This document shows, piece by piece, positions 29,098 through 39,871 of a DNA stretch of 64,000 bases (position 1 is its first letter; each line of letters starts with the position of its first letter). This DNA is from an uncultured delta proteobacterium. Lineage in GTDB: Bacteria > Desulfobacterota > Desulfobacteria > Desulfobacterales > QNYZ01. The notes beneath the pieces are model-generated. The model was given only the letters and a program-made list of their open reading frames with translations. It searched no databases and was not told the DNA's origin. The DNA is taken from contig CAWJQU010000002.1 in NCBI GenBank assembly GCA_963845145.1, positions 64,001 through 128,000 on the forward strand. The letters run 5' to 3'. The translations under genes and the position numbers were made by a program.

Positions 29098-29955
29098 CTA
29101 ATTATCGCCAAATGCTTCCCGCTCCTTAGCCTTAGCCCACAATCGTTCCAGGTCCTCTCGGGGTGTTTCTTCAAGGGCGCTGCCGTTGATTGCAACCGCT
29201 TGTTCCATCCAACGAAATCTTTTTTCGAATTTACGTATGGCTGCCGCCACAGCGGTGTCCGGGTGAAAGTGGGCAAATCGGGCCACATTAACAAGGGTAA
29301 GAATCATATCGCCGAATTCGAGCTGAACGTCATTTTTTTTCCGATCGATGTCCCCGTCTGATTCAGCCAGTGCCAGCTGGCTAAGTGCCGACTTAAACTC
29401 GCCCCACTCTTCTTCCACTTTTTCAATGACTTCACCCAAATTGTCCCAATCAAAACCGGTACCGGCAGCCCGCTCGGAAACACGGTATGCCCGCATCAGG
29501 GCCGGCAACCCAGAGGGAATGGAATCAAGGACCGACGTTGACGCCGATGCTGGTAATTGGTTTTCCTTTTCCTGCCGCTTGATTCGGTTCCATTGGGCAC
29601 GAATCTCGGTTGTATTTTCAATCCGCTTATTTGCAAACACATGGGGATGGCGCCTCACCATCTTTTCGACATTGCCGGCGACGATATCGGAAAGATTAAA
29701 TTGCCCGGCTTCATTAAAAAGATGGGCCATGAAAATAATATGAAACAGAACATCGCCCAGTTCAGCGCAGATATCATCAGGCTGACCATTTGCAACGGCG
29801 TCGCTTAATTCATGGGCCTCTTCCACCAGATAGCGGGAAATGGTTTCGGGGGTCTGTTTTTGGTCCCAGGGGCAACCCGATTCACCGCGAAGCGAGTGAA
29901 TCAGGTCAATCAGAGGATGAAGAGAGTCCGAATCAGATTTTTCTATTTTTTCCAA
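29098..29955 (-). CDS. mazG: Nucleoside triphosphate pyrophosphohydrolase
   Basis: GCPWD..QT, EELGD-like ELGD, RRHPHVF, GFDW. Confidence 0.93.
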   Translation of the reverse strand: MEKIEKSDSDSLHPLIDLIHSLRGESGCPWDQKQTPETISRYLVEEAHELSDAVANGQPDDICAELGDVLFHIIFMAHLFNEAGQFNLSDIVAGNVEKMVRRHPHVFANKRIENTTEIRAQWNRIKRQEKENQLPASASTSVLDSIPSGLPALMRAYRVSERAAGTGFDWDNLGEVIEKVEEEWGEFKSALSQLALAESDGDIDRKKNDVQLEFGDMILTLVNVARFAHFHPDTAVAAAIRKFEKRFRWMEQAVAINGSALEETPREDLERLWAKAKEREAFGDN

Positions 29956-30464
29956 TTTTTTATATACTTATCTATATTTGTATCATATTTTGATTTAACC
30001 TTGTCGGTCACTACCAAAGCAATTTTTTCAGAAACAGGGGCCAGATAGCGCGCCAGTCGCGATTGCTGAACGATACCCACGCCCGGAGGCAAAAAGGTGG
30101 TGAGCGCAACCAAAAGGATCGATGCCACGAGAATCGCTTTGCCCCCGCCAAAAATAACCCCCAGTACACGATCCAGCCAGCCGATTTTGGTTACCTTCAT
30201 CAGGTAATGGATCACCCATGCCAGAAGGATGACCACGACGAATACGCTGCAAAAAAGGATCATGAAAGCGGCGATATCCCGGTACCCCGGCGTATCGATC
30301 CAACTCTTTAAATATCCGGTTAAAAGGGGATAGTAACGGATACCGGCGAAAAACCCGGCCAATACGCCCACGATTGAAGATATTTGCCGAACCATACCGA
30401 TTAAAAAACCCCGAATTAAACAAAAGCTCAGGATAACCACGACGATGATATCAAAAATATTCAT
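29943..30464 (-). CDS. cvpA: CvpA family (colicin V production) membrane protein
   Basis: MN.FDII..RGF, LDRVLG.IFG, four hydrophobic segments. Confidence 0.85.
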   Translation of the reverse strand: MNIFDIIVVVILSFCLIRGFLIGMVRQISSIVGVLAGFFAGIRYYPLLTGYLKSWIDTPGYRDIAAFMILFCSVFVVVILLAWVIHYLMKVTKIGWLDRVLGVIFGGGKAILVASILLVALTTFLPPGVGIVQQSRLARYLAPVSEKIALVVTDKVKSKYDTNIDKYIKNWKK

Positions 30465-30709
30465 AAATTCCTTATAGTTGATCGTATAATTGATTAGATG
30501 ACGGTAAGCGGCCTATAAAACCGGCTCCGTTTAGGCAGCTAACAAAGGCGTTTCACCGAGTCAAGGTCTTTTTCCAGATTGCCGATCATCCCCATTGAAG
30601 GATTGCATTTATAAAAATCGATGTGGTAGGGTACTTTGCAGATGGCACACTGAGTGAGGGATAGTGTCGCCGATCATTTGTAAAATAAATCATTACGAGT
30701 AAATTTTTC

Positions 30710-31684
30710 ATGGAAGATGAGCCGTTTACGGACACACACCGGCTGACTTTCTCCGATAATGCGTCAGCCGGCCAGTTGTTTGGCGAACATAACAGCCATT
30801 TGAAACGTATTGCCGATGAACTCGACATTACCATCAACGCCCGCGGGAATTCGGTATTTATTCAAGGTGATACGGTTTCGATCCAGTTGGCGGAAAACAT
30901 ATTAAACCAGCTTTACGACATCATTCAGGGCGGCTATCCGATTTATACCAACGATGTTGACTATGCCACCCGTATTTTAACCGCCGACTCCCGGGTTCAA
31001 ATTAAAAATATCTTTCTGGACAAGGTGTTTATCACCGCCACTAAAAAAACGGTGACGCCCAAAAGCCCGGCCCAAAAAGCGTATATCGATGCCATGCGCC
31101 GGTTTGATATCGTTTTTGGCATCGGACCGGCGGGTACCGGAAAAACCTATCTGGCCATGGCAATGGCTGTGGCGGCACTTTCCAAAGGCGAGGCCGATCG
31201 GATCATTCTCACTCGGCCGGCCGTGGAGGCTGGTGAGGCGTTAGGTTTTTTACCGGGGGATCTGGCCGAGAAAATTGACCCGTATCTGCGGCCACTGTAT
31301 GATGCCCTGCATGACATGATGCCGTTTGAAAAGGCCGCCGGCCTCATGCAGCAGGGGGTGATCGAGGTGGCCCCTCTGGCGTTCATGCGCGGTCGGACAT
31401 TAAACGATTCATTCATTATTTTGGATGAGGCCCAAAACACAACTTCAGAACAGATGAAGATGTTTCTTACACGTATCGGATTTAACTCCAAAGCCGTCAT
31501 CACGGGCGACATCACCCAGATCGATTTGCCCCGTGGCAAATCCTCTGGTCTGGTGGATGCAAAAAACATTCTGCAAACCATCGACGGCATCAAATTCGCC
31601 TTTTTTTCCAAAAACGATGTGATACGACACCGTTTGGTGCAAAAAATCATTCAAGCCTACGAACTCTCAGAATCAACCGAATAA
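30710..31684 (+). CDS. PhoH-like ATPase
   Basis: GPAGTGKT, LTRPAVEAGE.LGFLPG, FMRGRT, DEAQN. Confidence 0.95.
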   Translation: MEDEPFTDTHRLTFSDNASAGQLFGEHNSHLKRIADELDITINARGNSVFIQGDTVSIQLAENILNQLYDIIQGGYPIYTNDVDYATRILTADSRVQIKNIFLDKVFITATKKTVTPKSPAQKAYIDAMRRFDIVFGIGPAGTGKTYLAMAMAVAALSKGEADRIILTRPAVEAGEALGFLPGDLAEKIDPYLRPLYDALHDMMPFEKAAGLMQQGVIEVAPLAFMRGRTLNDSFIILDEAQNTTSEQMKMFLTRIGFNSKAVITGDITQIDLPRGKSSGLVDAKNILQTIDGIKFAFFSKNDVIRHRLVQKIIQAYELSESTE

Positions 31685-31687
31685 ACA

Positions 31688-34093
31688 ATGAAATTTTCAA
31701 AACTATCGGAAACGATTAAAAATATTTTTGTTTGGCACTCTACCATTCGATGGGTGATCCTTTTCATCACGCTCGGACTATTCGTTCTTATCCTCTATCC
31801 CAGCCTTTTTATGACCCAACCGACGTTTCAACTGGGGGATATTGCCGGCCGCAACATTAAAGCCCCCAGGGATTTCTCCATCGAAGACGAAAACGCCACC
31901 GAAAAGCACCGCCGGCAAGCGATGGCCACCGTGCTTACCGTGTACGACCATGATACCGTCATGTCGTCGCGCCTGCGAACGCAAGTTAACCAGGCTTTTC
32001 AATCGATTCGATCCATTGAAAAAAAGCAGGATGACGACCCCAGCCCCGACAACCTGAGCAGTACGCGCATTCGGATTGATGATACCGGGCAAGCCCAATC
32101 CCGTCACAACCGAATCTGGGCTGAAAAAGAACTGTTTATCAAGAATATCGGCATTCAGGTCAGCGAAGGTGCTTACCGAATTCTTGAGAAAGAGGGGTTT
32201 TCCCACGAAATTGAAAACGCCATCACCAATATTTTAAACCAAATATTTGATAATGGTGTCGTCGCCCACAAAGAAACGCTTCTAAAAGAAGCCGATCAGG
32301 GAATTGTATTAAAAGCTCTGGAGGATCAAACCGAACAAATCGTCACCAACCTGAAACAGTTTTACGGTCTGGATCAGGCCAAGGCCATGGTGAGAATCGT
32401 CGGCGAGCCGCTGCTGGATAAAATGAACTATACCCTTCGCAATCTGGTGGTCGAATTTATTCAGAAACTGATTCGTCCCAACATCACCCTGAACCAAAGC
32501 GACACTGCCAAGAGAAGAAAAACAATCGCCGGCCAGGTGACGCCGGTGGTGAGCCAGGTCAAAGCCGGAGAGATGATTCTCCGCGAGGGGGAACGGGTTA
32601 CGCCTGACAAACTGGCGAAACTTCAGGTCCTGCAAAAGAAAAATCGATCCCGGCAATTGCTCGTCAGCGGGGGCGGCGCAGCAGCCATCATGCTCTGTTT
32701 GATGCTCGCCTTATACACGTTGCATCATTACAGCAAACCCGTCAATCCGGATCGCAACCGTGACATATTCTGTCTGGCCAGTATTTTTTTAACGATCTTG
32801 GTTATTTCCCGACTGGGCCCGGCGCTGTCGGATACACTGGTGGCCAATTTGCCGTACAATATCTCACCGTTGTCAATTTATTTTAATGCGCCCCTGGCCG
32901 CCGGGGCTATGACCGTCTGCCTGTTGATCGGTTTGAACGTGGCCGTATCCTTTGGCCTGGTCGTCGCGATGGCCGTGGCATTTATTTTCCAGAATCGACT
33001 GGAAATTCTACTGTTTTTCTTTATCAGCGGGGCCCTGGGTGCGTACTGGGTTAAAGACTGTCGCGAGCGGACAGTATTTATCAAGGCCGGTGTCAAGGTG
33101 GGGGTATTGAATATCCTCCTCATTACAGCGATCAATGCTTATCTGCAACGCATTGAGGGGTTCAGCCTCGTGTGGGACTGGATGTTTGCCTTCGGAGGTG
33201 GCCTTTTTGCAGGTATTATCACGGCCGGGCTGGTCCCTTTTTTCGAAACCGCCTTTGGCTACGCCACCGATATTAAACTCCTGGAACTGTCCAACCTCGA
33301 CCGGCCCATTCTGCGCCGACTGATGATTGAAGCGCCGGGTACCTATCACCATTCGGTCATCGTGGGATCAATGGTGGAGGCAGCGGCGGCCGACATCGGT
33401 GCCAATCCATTGTTGGCTAAGGTCTGCGGCTATTATCACGATATCGGAAAAATCGAAAAACCCCTGTATTTTATTGAAAATCAACCGTCCAATCTTAACA
33501 AGCACGACAAACTGGCACCCTCCATGTCCAAGCGAATCCTCGTATCACACGTTAAAGAAGGGGTTCGAATCGCCAAGGAACATAAGCTCGGGCAACGCAT
33601 CACCGATACCATCATGCAACATCACGGCACCAGCGTTATTTCGTTTTTCTATGACAAAGCTAAAAATTTAAAAGGCGATCAACCCATCAGCATCGATGAT
33701 TACAGATACCCCGGGCCACGACCGCAAACCAAGGAAGCCGGCCTGGTCATGCTGGCTGATATGCTGGAAGCGGCATCCCGAACCCTAAACAATCCGACCC
33801 CGTCGCGCATCCAGGGTTTGGTGCAAAGACTGATCAACAAAGCCTTTTCGGAAGGGCAGCTTGATCAATGTGAACTGACCTTAAATGATCTGCATAATAT
33901 TGCTAAGAGTTTTAATACAATTTTAAATGGCATTCATCACCATCGGGTTGAATATCCCGATACAGCGCGGTTTGAAAATGGAAACGGAAAAAGCAACCAT
34001 CGACATCGACAATCGGCAAAGCCGGTACAACGTCTCCCTCAAAGCGATTCGAAAAATAAGCCGGAGCGCCTTAAACGCCTCGGGTTGTCCTAA
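31688..34093 (+). CDS. 7TM-HD phosphohydrolase (PgpH-like)
   Basis: Extracellular domain, TM bundle, APGTYHHS, YHDIGK, QHHGT, MLAD. Confidence 0.9.
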   Translation: MKFSKLSETIKNIFVWHSTIRWVILFITLGLFVLILYPSLFMTQPTFQLGDIAGRNIKAPRDFSIEDENATEKHRRQAMATVLTVYDHDTVMSSRLRTQVNQAFQSIRSIEKKQDDDPSPDNLSSTRIRIDDTGQAQSRHNRIWAEKELFIKNIGIQVSEGAYRILEKEGFSHEIENAITNILNQIFDNGVVAHKETLLKEADQGIVLKALEDQTEQIVTNLKQFYGLDQAKAMVRIVGEPLLDKMNYTLRNLVVEFIQKLIRPNITLNQSDTAKRRKTIAGQVTPVVSQVKAGEMILREGERVTPDKLAKLQVLQKKNRSRQLLVSGGGAAAIMLCLMLALYTLHHYSKPVNPDRNRDIFCLASIFLTILVISRLGPALSDTLVANLPYNISPLSIYFNAPLAAGAMTVCLLIGLNVAVSFGLVVAMAVAFIFQNRLEILLFFFISGALGAYWVKDCRERTVFIKAGVKVGVLNILLITAINAYLQRIEGFSLVWDWMFAFGGGLFAGIITAGLVPFFETAFGYATDIKLLELSNLDRPILRRLMIEAPGTYHHSVIVGSMVEAAAADIGANPLLAKVCGYYHDIGKIEKPLYFIENQPSNLNKHDKLAPSMSKRILVSHVKEGVRIAKEHKLGQRITDTIMQHHGTSVISFFYDKAKNLKGDQPISIDDYRYPGPRPQTKEAGLVMLADMLEAASRTLNNPTPSRIQGLVQRLINKAFSEGQLDQCELTLNDLHNIAKSFNTILNGIHHHRVEYPDTARFENGNGKSNHRHRQSAKPVQRLPQSDSKNKPERLKRLGLS

Positions 34094-34490
34094 TAGCGAA
34101 TTATCTCTGGTGCTCGTGGATGATTCCCAGATAGCCGTGATAAATAGGGACTATTTGGACCGCGAAGGCCCCACCAATGTAATCGCTTTTTCCATGCGCG
34201 AAGGGCCTTTTGAGGAAATTTCACCGGAATTGCTGGGGGATGTGGTCATATCGATCGAAACCGCCGCCGAAGAAGCCCGCAATGCCGACCTGCCCCTCAC
34301 CCTTCGGTTTTGTCAGCTTTTGGTTCATGGCCTTTTGCACCTCCTGGGCTATGACCACGAAACTTCCGGTAAAGATGCCGAACAGATGGAAAAAAAAAGC
34401 CGGGAAGTCCTTCGGGCAATCATGGCATCCAACGGATCAAATCCGGATTTTTCCAATATGATCACCGATACCCGATCCCTCACGCAATGA
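33978..34490 (+). CDS. ybeY: Endoribonuclease YbeY
   Basis: PTNVIAF, LGDVVIS, HGLLHLLGYDH. Confidence 0.93.
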   Translation: METEKATIDIDNRQSRYNVSLKAIRKISRSALNASGCPNSELSLVLVDDSQIAVINRDYLDREGPTNVIAFSMREGPFEEISPELLGDVVISIETAAEEARNADLPLTLRFCQLLVHGLLHLLGYDHETSGKDAEQMEKKSREVLRAIMASNGSNPDFSNMITDTRSLTQ

Positions 34491-34532
34491 AGACCTCAAC
34501 CACGAAACAATTACAGATCCGGATAGACTAAA

Positions 34533-35027
34533 ATGACCGCCCCATTCATCTTGACCACCAACTCCCCTGAAAAAACCCACGCCCTGGGAAAAATAGTCGG
34601 TCAGACGCTGCAAGCGGGAACCCGCATCGCCCTGACCGGCGAATTGGGCAGTGGCAAGACCGTGTTTGTTCAAGGATTGGCTAATGGGGTGGGTGTTGCG
34701 TCCGATTATTACATCACCAGCCCCACCTATACCCTGATCAACGAATACCCGGGACGGATACACCTTTACCACGTGGATCTCTATCGACTGGCCGGCGCCG
34801 ACGAGATCGAAACCATTGGCTTGACTGACATTCTTGCAAGTGATGCGGTCGTCGCCATCGAATGGGCGGGCCGTCTTCAAGAACAAGACCTTGGCGAGCA
34901 TCTTGCCGTCAGCATTCAAATATTAAACCGGGATGAACGAAAATTTACCTTGACGGCCTATGGACGATCGCATCAAATCCTGCTAAAGGAAACCGAAAAA
35001 ATTTACGGAGCGTATTCATGGGATTGA
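34533..35027 (+). CDS. tsaE: tRNA t6A biosynthesis ATPase
   Basis: GELGSGKT, SPTYTL, HVDLYRL, IEW. Confidence 0.95.
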   Translation: MTAPFILTTNSPEKTHALGKIVGQTLQAGTRIALTGELGSGKTVFVQGLANGVGVASDYYITSPTYTLINEYPGRIHLYHVDLYRLAGADEIETIGLTDILASDAVVAIEWAGRLQEQDLGEHLAVSIQILNRDERKFTLTAYGRSHQILLKETEKIYGAYSWD

Positions 35028-36235
35028 TTGTTCAAAAATACGGGGGAACATCGGTGGCAAACCCCGAGCGTATTCGTCACGTCGCCACACGGGTAATAAA
35101 AACCTATTCGAGCGGCAACAATGTCGTCGTTATTTTGTCTGCCATGGCAGGCGTCACCGACCATCTGATCGATCTCGCCGGTCAGGCGGCATCGTCTCCG
35201 GTTAAACGCGAACTGGATGTATTGCTGGCCACTGGTGAGCAGACAACAGCAGCCTTGCTGGCCATGACCTTACAGGACATGAATTATCCCGCCCAATCCA
35301 TGTTGGGGCATCAAGCCCAGGTGATGACCGATCAGGATTTCGGAAATGCCCGCATCCTTGATATCGACACCAAAGCCATTGAAAAGCTGTTGGATAAAAA
35401 AACCATCGTCGTGGTCGCCGGTTTTCAAGGGGCCGATCTCCAGGGAAACATCACCACCCTCGGCCGGGGCGGCTCGGATACCTCCGCGGTGGCCATTGCC
35501 GCCGCCTTGAAAGCCGATGTTTGCGAGATTTTCACTGATGTAGATGGGGTTTATACCGCTGACCCTAATATTTGCAGTAAAGCCCGCAAAATAGATAGAA
35601 TCTCGTATGACGAAATGCTCAACATGGCCAGTCTGGGCGCCAAAGTGCTGCAGATACGGTCCGTTGGTTTCGCAAAAAAATACAATATTCCCGTGCATGT
35701 TCGGTCGTCGTTCAATGAAGAGGAGGGAACCATGGTGGTAGGTGAAGAATCCGGCATGGAAAGCTTGGTCGTTTCCGCCGTAACCCATGATAAAAATCAA
35801 TCCTGGATTACGTTGCGAAAAGTCCCCGATCAACCGGGAATAGCGGCTAAAATTTTCACGCCCTTGGCGGACAAGGGTGTCATCGTCGACATGATTATCC
35901 AAAACACCGAACCCGGCGGTCAGACGGATCTGACCTTTACCGTCCCGGAAAACGACTTTGAGATGGCCATGGAGATTGAAAAGCGCGTCGCCCAAGATAT
36001 TCGAGCTGAAGATGTGTTCGGAAAAAAAGAGATTGCAAAGGTCTCGGTTATCGGGGTTGGTATGAAAAACCATTCCGGTGTCGCCGCTACCATGTTTGCC
36101 GCGCTCGCCAGGGAAAACATAAACATAGCCATGATCAGCACGTCGGAAATCCGAATATCCTGCGTCGTAGATGAAAGATATTCCGAGCTGGCGGTACGCG
36201 TCCTTCACACAGCCTTCGGGTTGGACGCAATTTAG
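35018..36235 (+). CDS. lysC: Aspartate kinase
   Basis: VQKYGGTSV, TLGRGGSDTSA, two ACT domains. Confidence 0.95.
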   Translation: MGLIVQKYGGTSVANPERIRHVATRVIKTYSSGNNVVVILSAMAGVTDHLIDLAGQAASSPVKRELDVLLATGEQTTAALLAMTLQDMNYPAQSMLGHQAQVMTDQDFGNARILDIDTKAIEKLLDKKTIVVVAGFQGADLQGNITTLGRGGSDTSAVAIAAALKADVCEIFTDVDGVYTADPNICSKARKIDRISYDEMLNMASLGAKVLQIRSVGFAKKYNIPVHVRSSFNEEEGTMVVGEESGMESLVVSAVTHDKNQSWITLRKVPDQPGIAAKIFTPLADKGVIVDMIIQNTEPGGQTDLTFTVPENDFEMAMEIEKRVAQDIRAEDVFGKKEIAKVSVIGVGMKNHSGVAATMFAALARENINIAMISTSEIRISCVVDERYSELAVRVLHTAFGLDAI

Positions 36236-36254
36236 CCCAAACAGCGGCCAATAT

Positions 36255-36338
36255 GTGAAACGATTCAGCCCCCGGCAATTGATCTTTGTGATCGTATTGG
36301 CCCTTGTATTGCTCTTCGCTGCGCTAATCAGGCTTTAG
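36255..36338 (+). CDS. Possible 27-aa single-pass membrane peptide (MKRFSPRQLIFVIVLALVLLFAALIRL)
   Basis: GTG...TAG ORF filling the lysC-pyrF gap; basic N-terminus, 17 consecutive hydrophobic residues; no clear RBS. Confidence 0.4.
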   Translation: MKRFSPRQLIFVIVLALVLLFAALIRL

Positions 36339-36353
36339 CCGGTTTCGAAAGTG

Positions 36354-37118
36354 TCAGGCAGGTCGGCGTTCCCGGGTCACGGCTTGGGTTTCTGCGGCGA
36401 TATGGATTTCTGAGGCAATCCGACGAACCATTTCACGGGGGTTTTCAGCTTGTTGAATGGGCCGACCGATAACAAGATAGTCGGCACCGTCTCCAATGGC
36501 CTGGCCGGGAGTGGTAATCCGCTGTTGGTCGTCCTGGGCGACATGGTTATCAACCGGCCGGATACCGGGCGTTACCGCTAAAAACCGGTGACCGAGATTC
36601 TGTTTGATCATCCTTACCTCACCACCCGAGCAGACGACCCCGGCACACCCGGCGGCCTTGGCCGCTGCCGCACGCTTTTGCACCAACTGGTTCAAGTCAT
36701 CACTGTAATCATGCCTGAAACCGGCCCGCATGAGGTCCGGACCCGATACGCTGGTTAACACGGTCACCCCGAGGACACCCACGTCGCCGGCGGCGGATAC
36801 GGCTGCTTCGAGCATCGCCTGGTTTTCACCGCAATGGACGGTGCTAAGCGTCACCCCCAGATCGGCAATCCGCTTCATGGCCTTGGAAACAGTGATGGGA
36901 ATATCGTGAAGCTTTAGATCGAGAAATACCCCGGCCTTACCATGATTTTGAATATATTGAACAATTTTTGGGCCGGTCTGTATAAAGAGCTCCAGCCCCA
37001 CCTTAAACATACCCACGCGCCCGGAGAGAATGTCGATATATTCTCTGGCCGCCTTAAATGAAGGCAGGTCCAGGGCAAAAATAATACGTTCGGCTGCTGG
37101 ATTCGTTTGGTGTGCCAT
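36354..37118 (-). CDS. pyrF: Orotidine-5'-phosphate decarboxylase
   Basis: FALD, KVGLELF, FLDLKLHDIP, VTVLTS, TPGIR, VIGRPI. Confidence 0.96.
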   Translation of the reverse strand: MAHQTNPAAERIIFALDLPSFKAAREYIDILSGRVGMFKVGLELFIQTGPKIVQYIQNHGKAGVFLDLKLHDIPITVSKAMKRIADLGVTLSTVHCGENQAMLEAAVSAAGDVGVLGVTVLTSVSGPDLMRAGFRHDYSDDLNQLVQKRAAAAKAAGCAGVVCSGGEVRMIKQNLGHRFLAVTPGIRPVDNHVAQDDQQRITTPGQAIGDGADYLVIGRPIQQAENPREMVRRIASEIHIAAETQAVTRERRPA

Positions 37119-37119
37119 A

Positions 37120-38181
37120 TCAGGTTTGCCGGTATTGCTGATCAATCCATTGCTGGTATTCGCCGCTCACCACCCGATCGACCCATTGCCCATGCTCCAG
37201 GTACCATCGAACGGTTTTATCGATACCCGTTTCAAAGGTTTCAATCGGTGTCCAATCCAGTTCTTGTTCGATCTTGGTGCAATCAATCGCATAGCGAAAA
37301 TCGTGTCCGGGTCGGTCTTTGACATAAGTAATCAAGGTTTCCCGACGTCCCTGATCCAATGGATTAACCGTATCGTCCAGGATGCCACAGATCACCTTGA
37401 CGACATCGATGTTGGCTTTCTCGCAACGACCACCAACATTGTAAGTTTCGCCCCGTCGTCCATGCCGCATGATGGTCCAAATAGCCCGGCAGTGATCTTC
37501 CACGTGCAACCAATCCCGGACATTTTTACCCTCACCGTAGATAGGCAATGGCTTACCGTTATAGGCGTTCAGAATCATCAGGGGTATCAGCTTTTCAGGA
37601 AACTGGTAAGGCCCGTAATTATTGGAACAATTTGAAATCGTCACCGGCAGACCATACGTTCGGCCATACGCCCGCACGAGATGATCCGAAGCTGCTTTTG
37701 AGGCTGAATAGGGACTGCTGGGGTTATACGGTGTCGTTTCGGTAAAGGCCCCCTCCGGCCCCAGTTCACCGAAGACTTCATCGGTACTGATATGATGAAA
37801 TAATTCCAGCTGATCCTGATAACGCCGTGCCAGTTCCAGCAGCACGAAGGTCCCGTTCACATTGGTTTGAATGAATGCATCCGGCGTGACGATGGACCGA
37901 TCCACATGGGACTCGGCCGCGAAATGACAAACACCGTCGATCTTATAGTCCTCGAATACCTTGACCATGGCCGTTTCATCACGGATATCCGCTTTGACAA
38001 AATGATAGCGATGGGGTGAACTTTCCTGAAGGTCGGCCAAATTATCCGGATTACCGGCATAAGTCAGTGTATCCACATTGATAATACGGCCATTAAAATC
38101 GGAATCCAAGAGGAGGTATCGGATAAAGTTAGAACCGATAAACCCGCAACCACCGGTTACCAAAAGATTTTTCACGTTCAA
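37120..38181 (-). CDS. rfbB: dTDP-glucose 4,6-dehydratase
   Basis: TGGCGFIGSN, HFAAESHVDRS, STDEV, YSASK, DRPGHD. Confidence 0.96.
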   Translation of the reverse strand: MNVKNLLVTGGCGFIGSNFIRYLLLDSDFNGRIINVDTLTYAGNPDNLADLQESSPHRYHFVKADIRDETAMVKVFEDYKIDGVCHFAAESHVDRSIVTPDAFIQTNVNGTFVLLELARRYQDQLELFHHISTDEVFGELGPEGAFTETTPYNPSSPYSASKAASDHLVRAYGRTYGLPVTISNCSNNYGPYQFPEKLIPLMILNAYNGKPLPIYGEGKNVRDWLHVEDHCRAIWTIMRHGRRGETYNVGGRCEKANIDVVKVICGILDDTVNPLDQGRRETLITYVKDRPGHDFRYAIDCTKIEQELDWTPIETFETGIDKTVRWYLEHGQWVDRVVSGEYQQWIDQQYRQT

Positions 38182-38440
38182 TGCTCCTATTCATACGCGC
38201 AAGATAGGCTGCTTATAGCTCAAAATAGCGTCATCGTAAAGGATGCTCTTCAATCGAATAGCCAACGGATCCAATCGCAACCCAGCTTAGGATAAGTATA
38301 AAATTTCCTTGAAATATTTCCGGGTTAGGTGCTATAGTTTAATGTTTATAAATGAAACTATTGCCAATGCTAGCCTGGTGCCAAGATAGCAATACACCCA
38401 ATCAGGGGATCTGACCAACCCGATCCCGGACAAAACACGA

Positions 38441-39871
38441 ATGAAGATCACGGCAAAACAACAACTCCTTCTCCGTCGCCTTCCCGGCGTTGATTCGATT
38501 TTGCTTCTGGCCGACGAAAAACCGACAGACGCTGCTATGCCTAAATCCGTGATGGTGCGAGCCGCCCGGGAAGCCGTGGCCGATTGTCGAAAAATGATTC
38601 TGGCCCAAGGCGATGACGATGTCCCAATCGATATCAACCCCCAGGCGTTGTTAAAAAGCGCCCGGCAACGGGCTAACCGGTACATGACGCTGAACTTAGG
38701 CCGGGTGATCAACGCGACCGGCGTCATTATCCACACCAATCTCGGGCGCTCTCTGCTGGCCTCAGCAGCCATCACCAATATGGCGGAGGTTGCCGCCGGT
38801 TATTCGAACCTCGAATATGATCTGACCGCCGGGAAGCGGGGATCCCGATACACCGCCGTGGAAGACATATTATGTGAAATCAGCGGCGCAGAGGCCGCTT
38901 TAGTGGTCAACAACAATGCCGGCGCCGTTTTATTGTGCCTGGCCGGTCTTGCCAAAAATCAGTCGGTTATTGTTTCCCGGGGAGAGCTGGTGGAGATCGG
39001 CGGCTCATTCCGCATCCCCGACATCATCCTCAGCAGCGGTTGCATTTTAAAAGAAGTGGGAACGACCAACCGGACCCATTTAAAGGACTATCGTCAGGCA
39101 ATTGGCGATGACACGGCCCTTATTCTTAAAGTTCACAAAAGCAATTACAGCGTAGTCGGCTTTTCGGCGGAGGTACCCACGGTGGATCTGGTCTCACTGG
39201 GGAAAGCGCATGGCATTCCGGTGGTGGAAGATCTGGGCAGCGGGACGCTCATCGATTTTTCCGCTTTCGGAATGATCAAAGAGCCGACCGTTCAGGATAC
39301 GGTCGCCTCCGGTGTGGATCTGGCCACTTTCAGCGGCGATAAACTGCTGGGGGGACCGCAGGCCGGTATCATCGTGGGTAAAAAAAGTTTTATCGACACC
39401 ATTAAACAAAACCCCCTGACCCGGGCCCTGAGAATTGACAAACTTACTCTGGCAGCCCTGGAAAGCACGCTCCACCTTTACCGGGACCCGCGCCAGGCCG
39501 TTTTTATAGTTCCCACCCTGCGGATGCTGACGATGCCCCTTCAAACCATCGAAACACGTGCCCGACGGTTGCAGGAGGCCCTTCAAAAGATCGGCGGAAC
39601 AAAGCTGAAATCTCGCGTTGTGGCGCAATCTTCTCGCGCGGGTGGTGGTTCTCTACCCCTGCAAACCCTTGAGAGTCGTTGTGTAGCGATCCAGATTGAG
39701 GGGATCTCCGCCCAGACCATAGAACGCTATTTACGTACTTTTACCTCCCCTGTGGTCGGCCGAATCGACCAGGGTCTGTTTTTGATGGATGCGCGCACAA
39801 TAAAAGATGAGGAGATTCAGGTGATTGTAACCGTTTTTCAGTCTTTGCTTCAAGGACGGCCGAATGAATAA
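38441..39871 (+). CDS. selA: L-seryl-tRNA(Sec) selenium transferase
   Basis: INATG.IIHTNLGR, VNNNA, ELVEIGGSFRIP, FSGDKLLGGPQAG. Confidence 0.97.
   Translation: MKITAKQQLLLRRLPGVDSILLLADEKPTDAAMPKSVMVRAAREAVADCRKMILAQGDDDVPIDINPQALLKSARQRANRYMTLNLGRVINATGVIIHTNLGRSLLASAAITNMAEVAAGYSNLEYDLTAGKRGSRYTAVEDILCEISGAEAALVVNNNAGAVLLCLAGLAKNQSVIVSRGELVEIGGSFRIPDIILSSGCILKEVGTTNRTHLKDYRQAIGDDTALILKVHKSNYSVVGFSAEVPTVDLVSLGKAHGIPVVEDLGSGTLIDFSAFGMIKEPTVQDTVASGVDLATFSGDKLLGGPQAGIIVGKKSFIDTIKQNPLTRALRIDKLTLAALESTLHLYRDPRQAVFIVPTLRMLTMPLQTIETRARRLQEALQKIGGTKLKSRVVAQSSRAGGGSLPLQTLESRCVAIQIEGISAQTIERYLRTFTSPVVGRIDQGLFLMDARTIKDEEIQVIVTVFQSLLQGRPNE

Noticed and set aside
33978..34093. 116-bp overlap of the 7TM-HD gene and ybeY as a frameshift
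   Set aside because: Both proteins look complete; the overlap is a low-complexity tail in the usual phoH-HD-ybeY order
35270..36208. Long antisense ORFs (312 aa here; also 48042-48734, 49741-50475, 17560-18171)
   Set aside because: Shadows of well-supported genes on the opposite strand with no recognisable motifs
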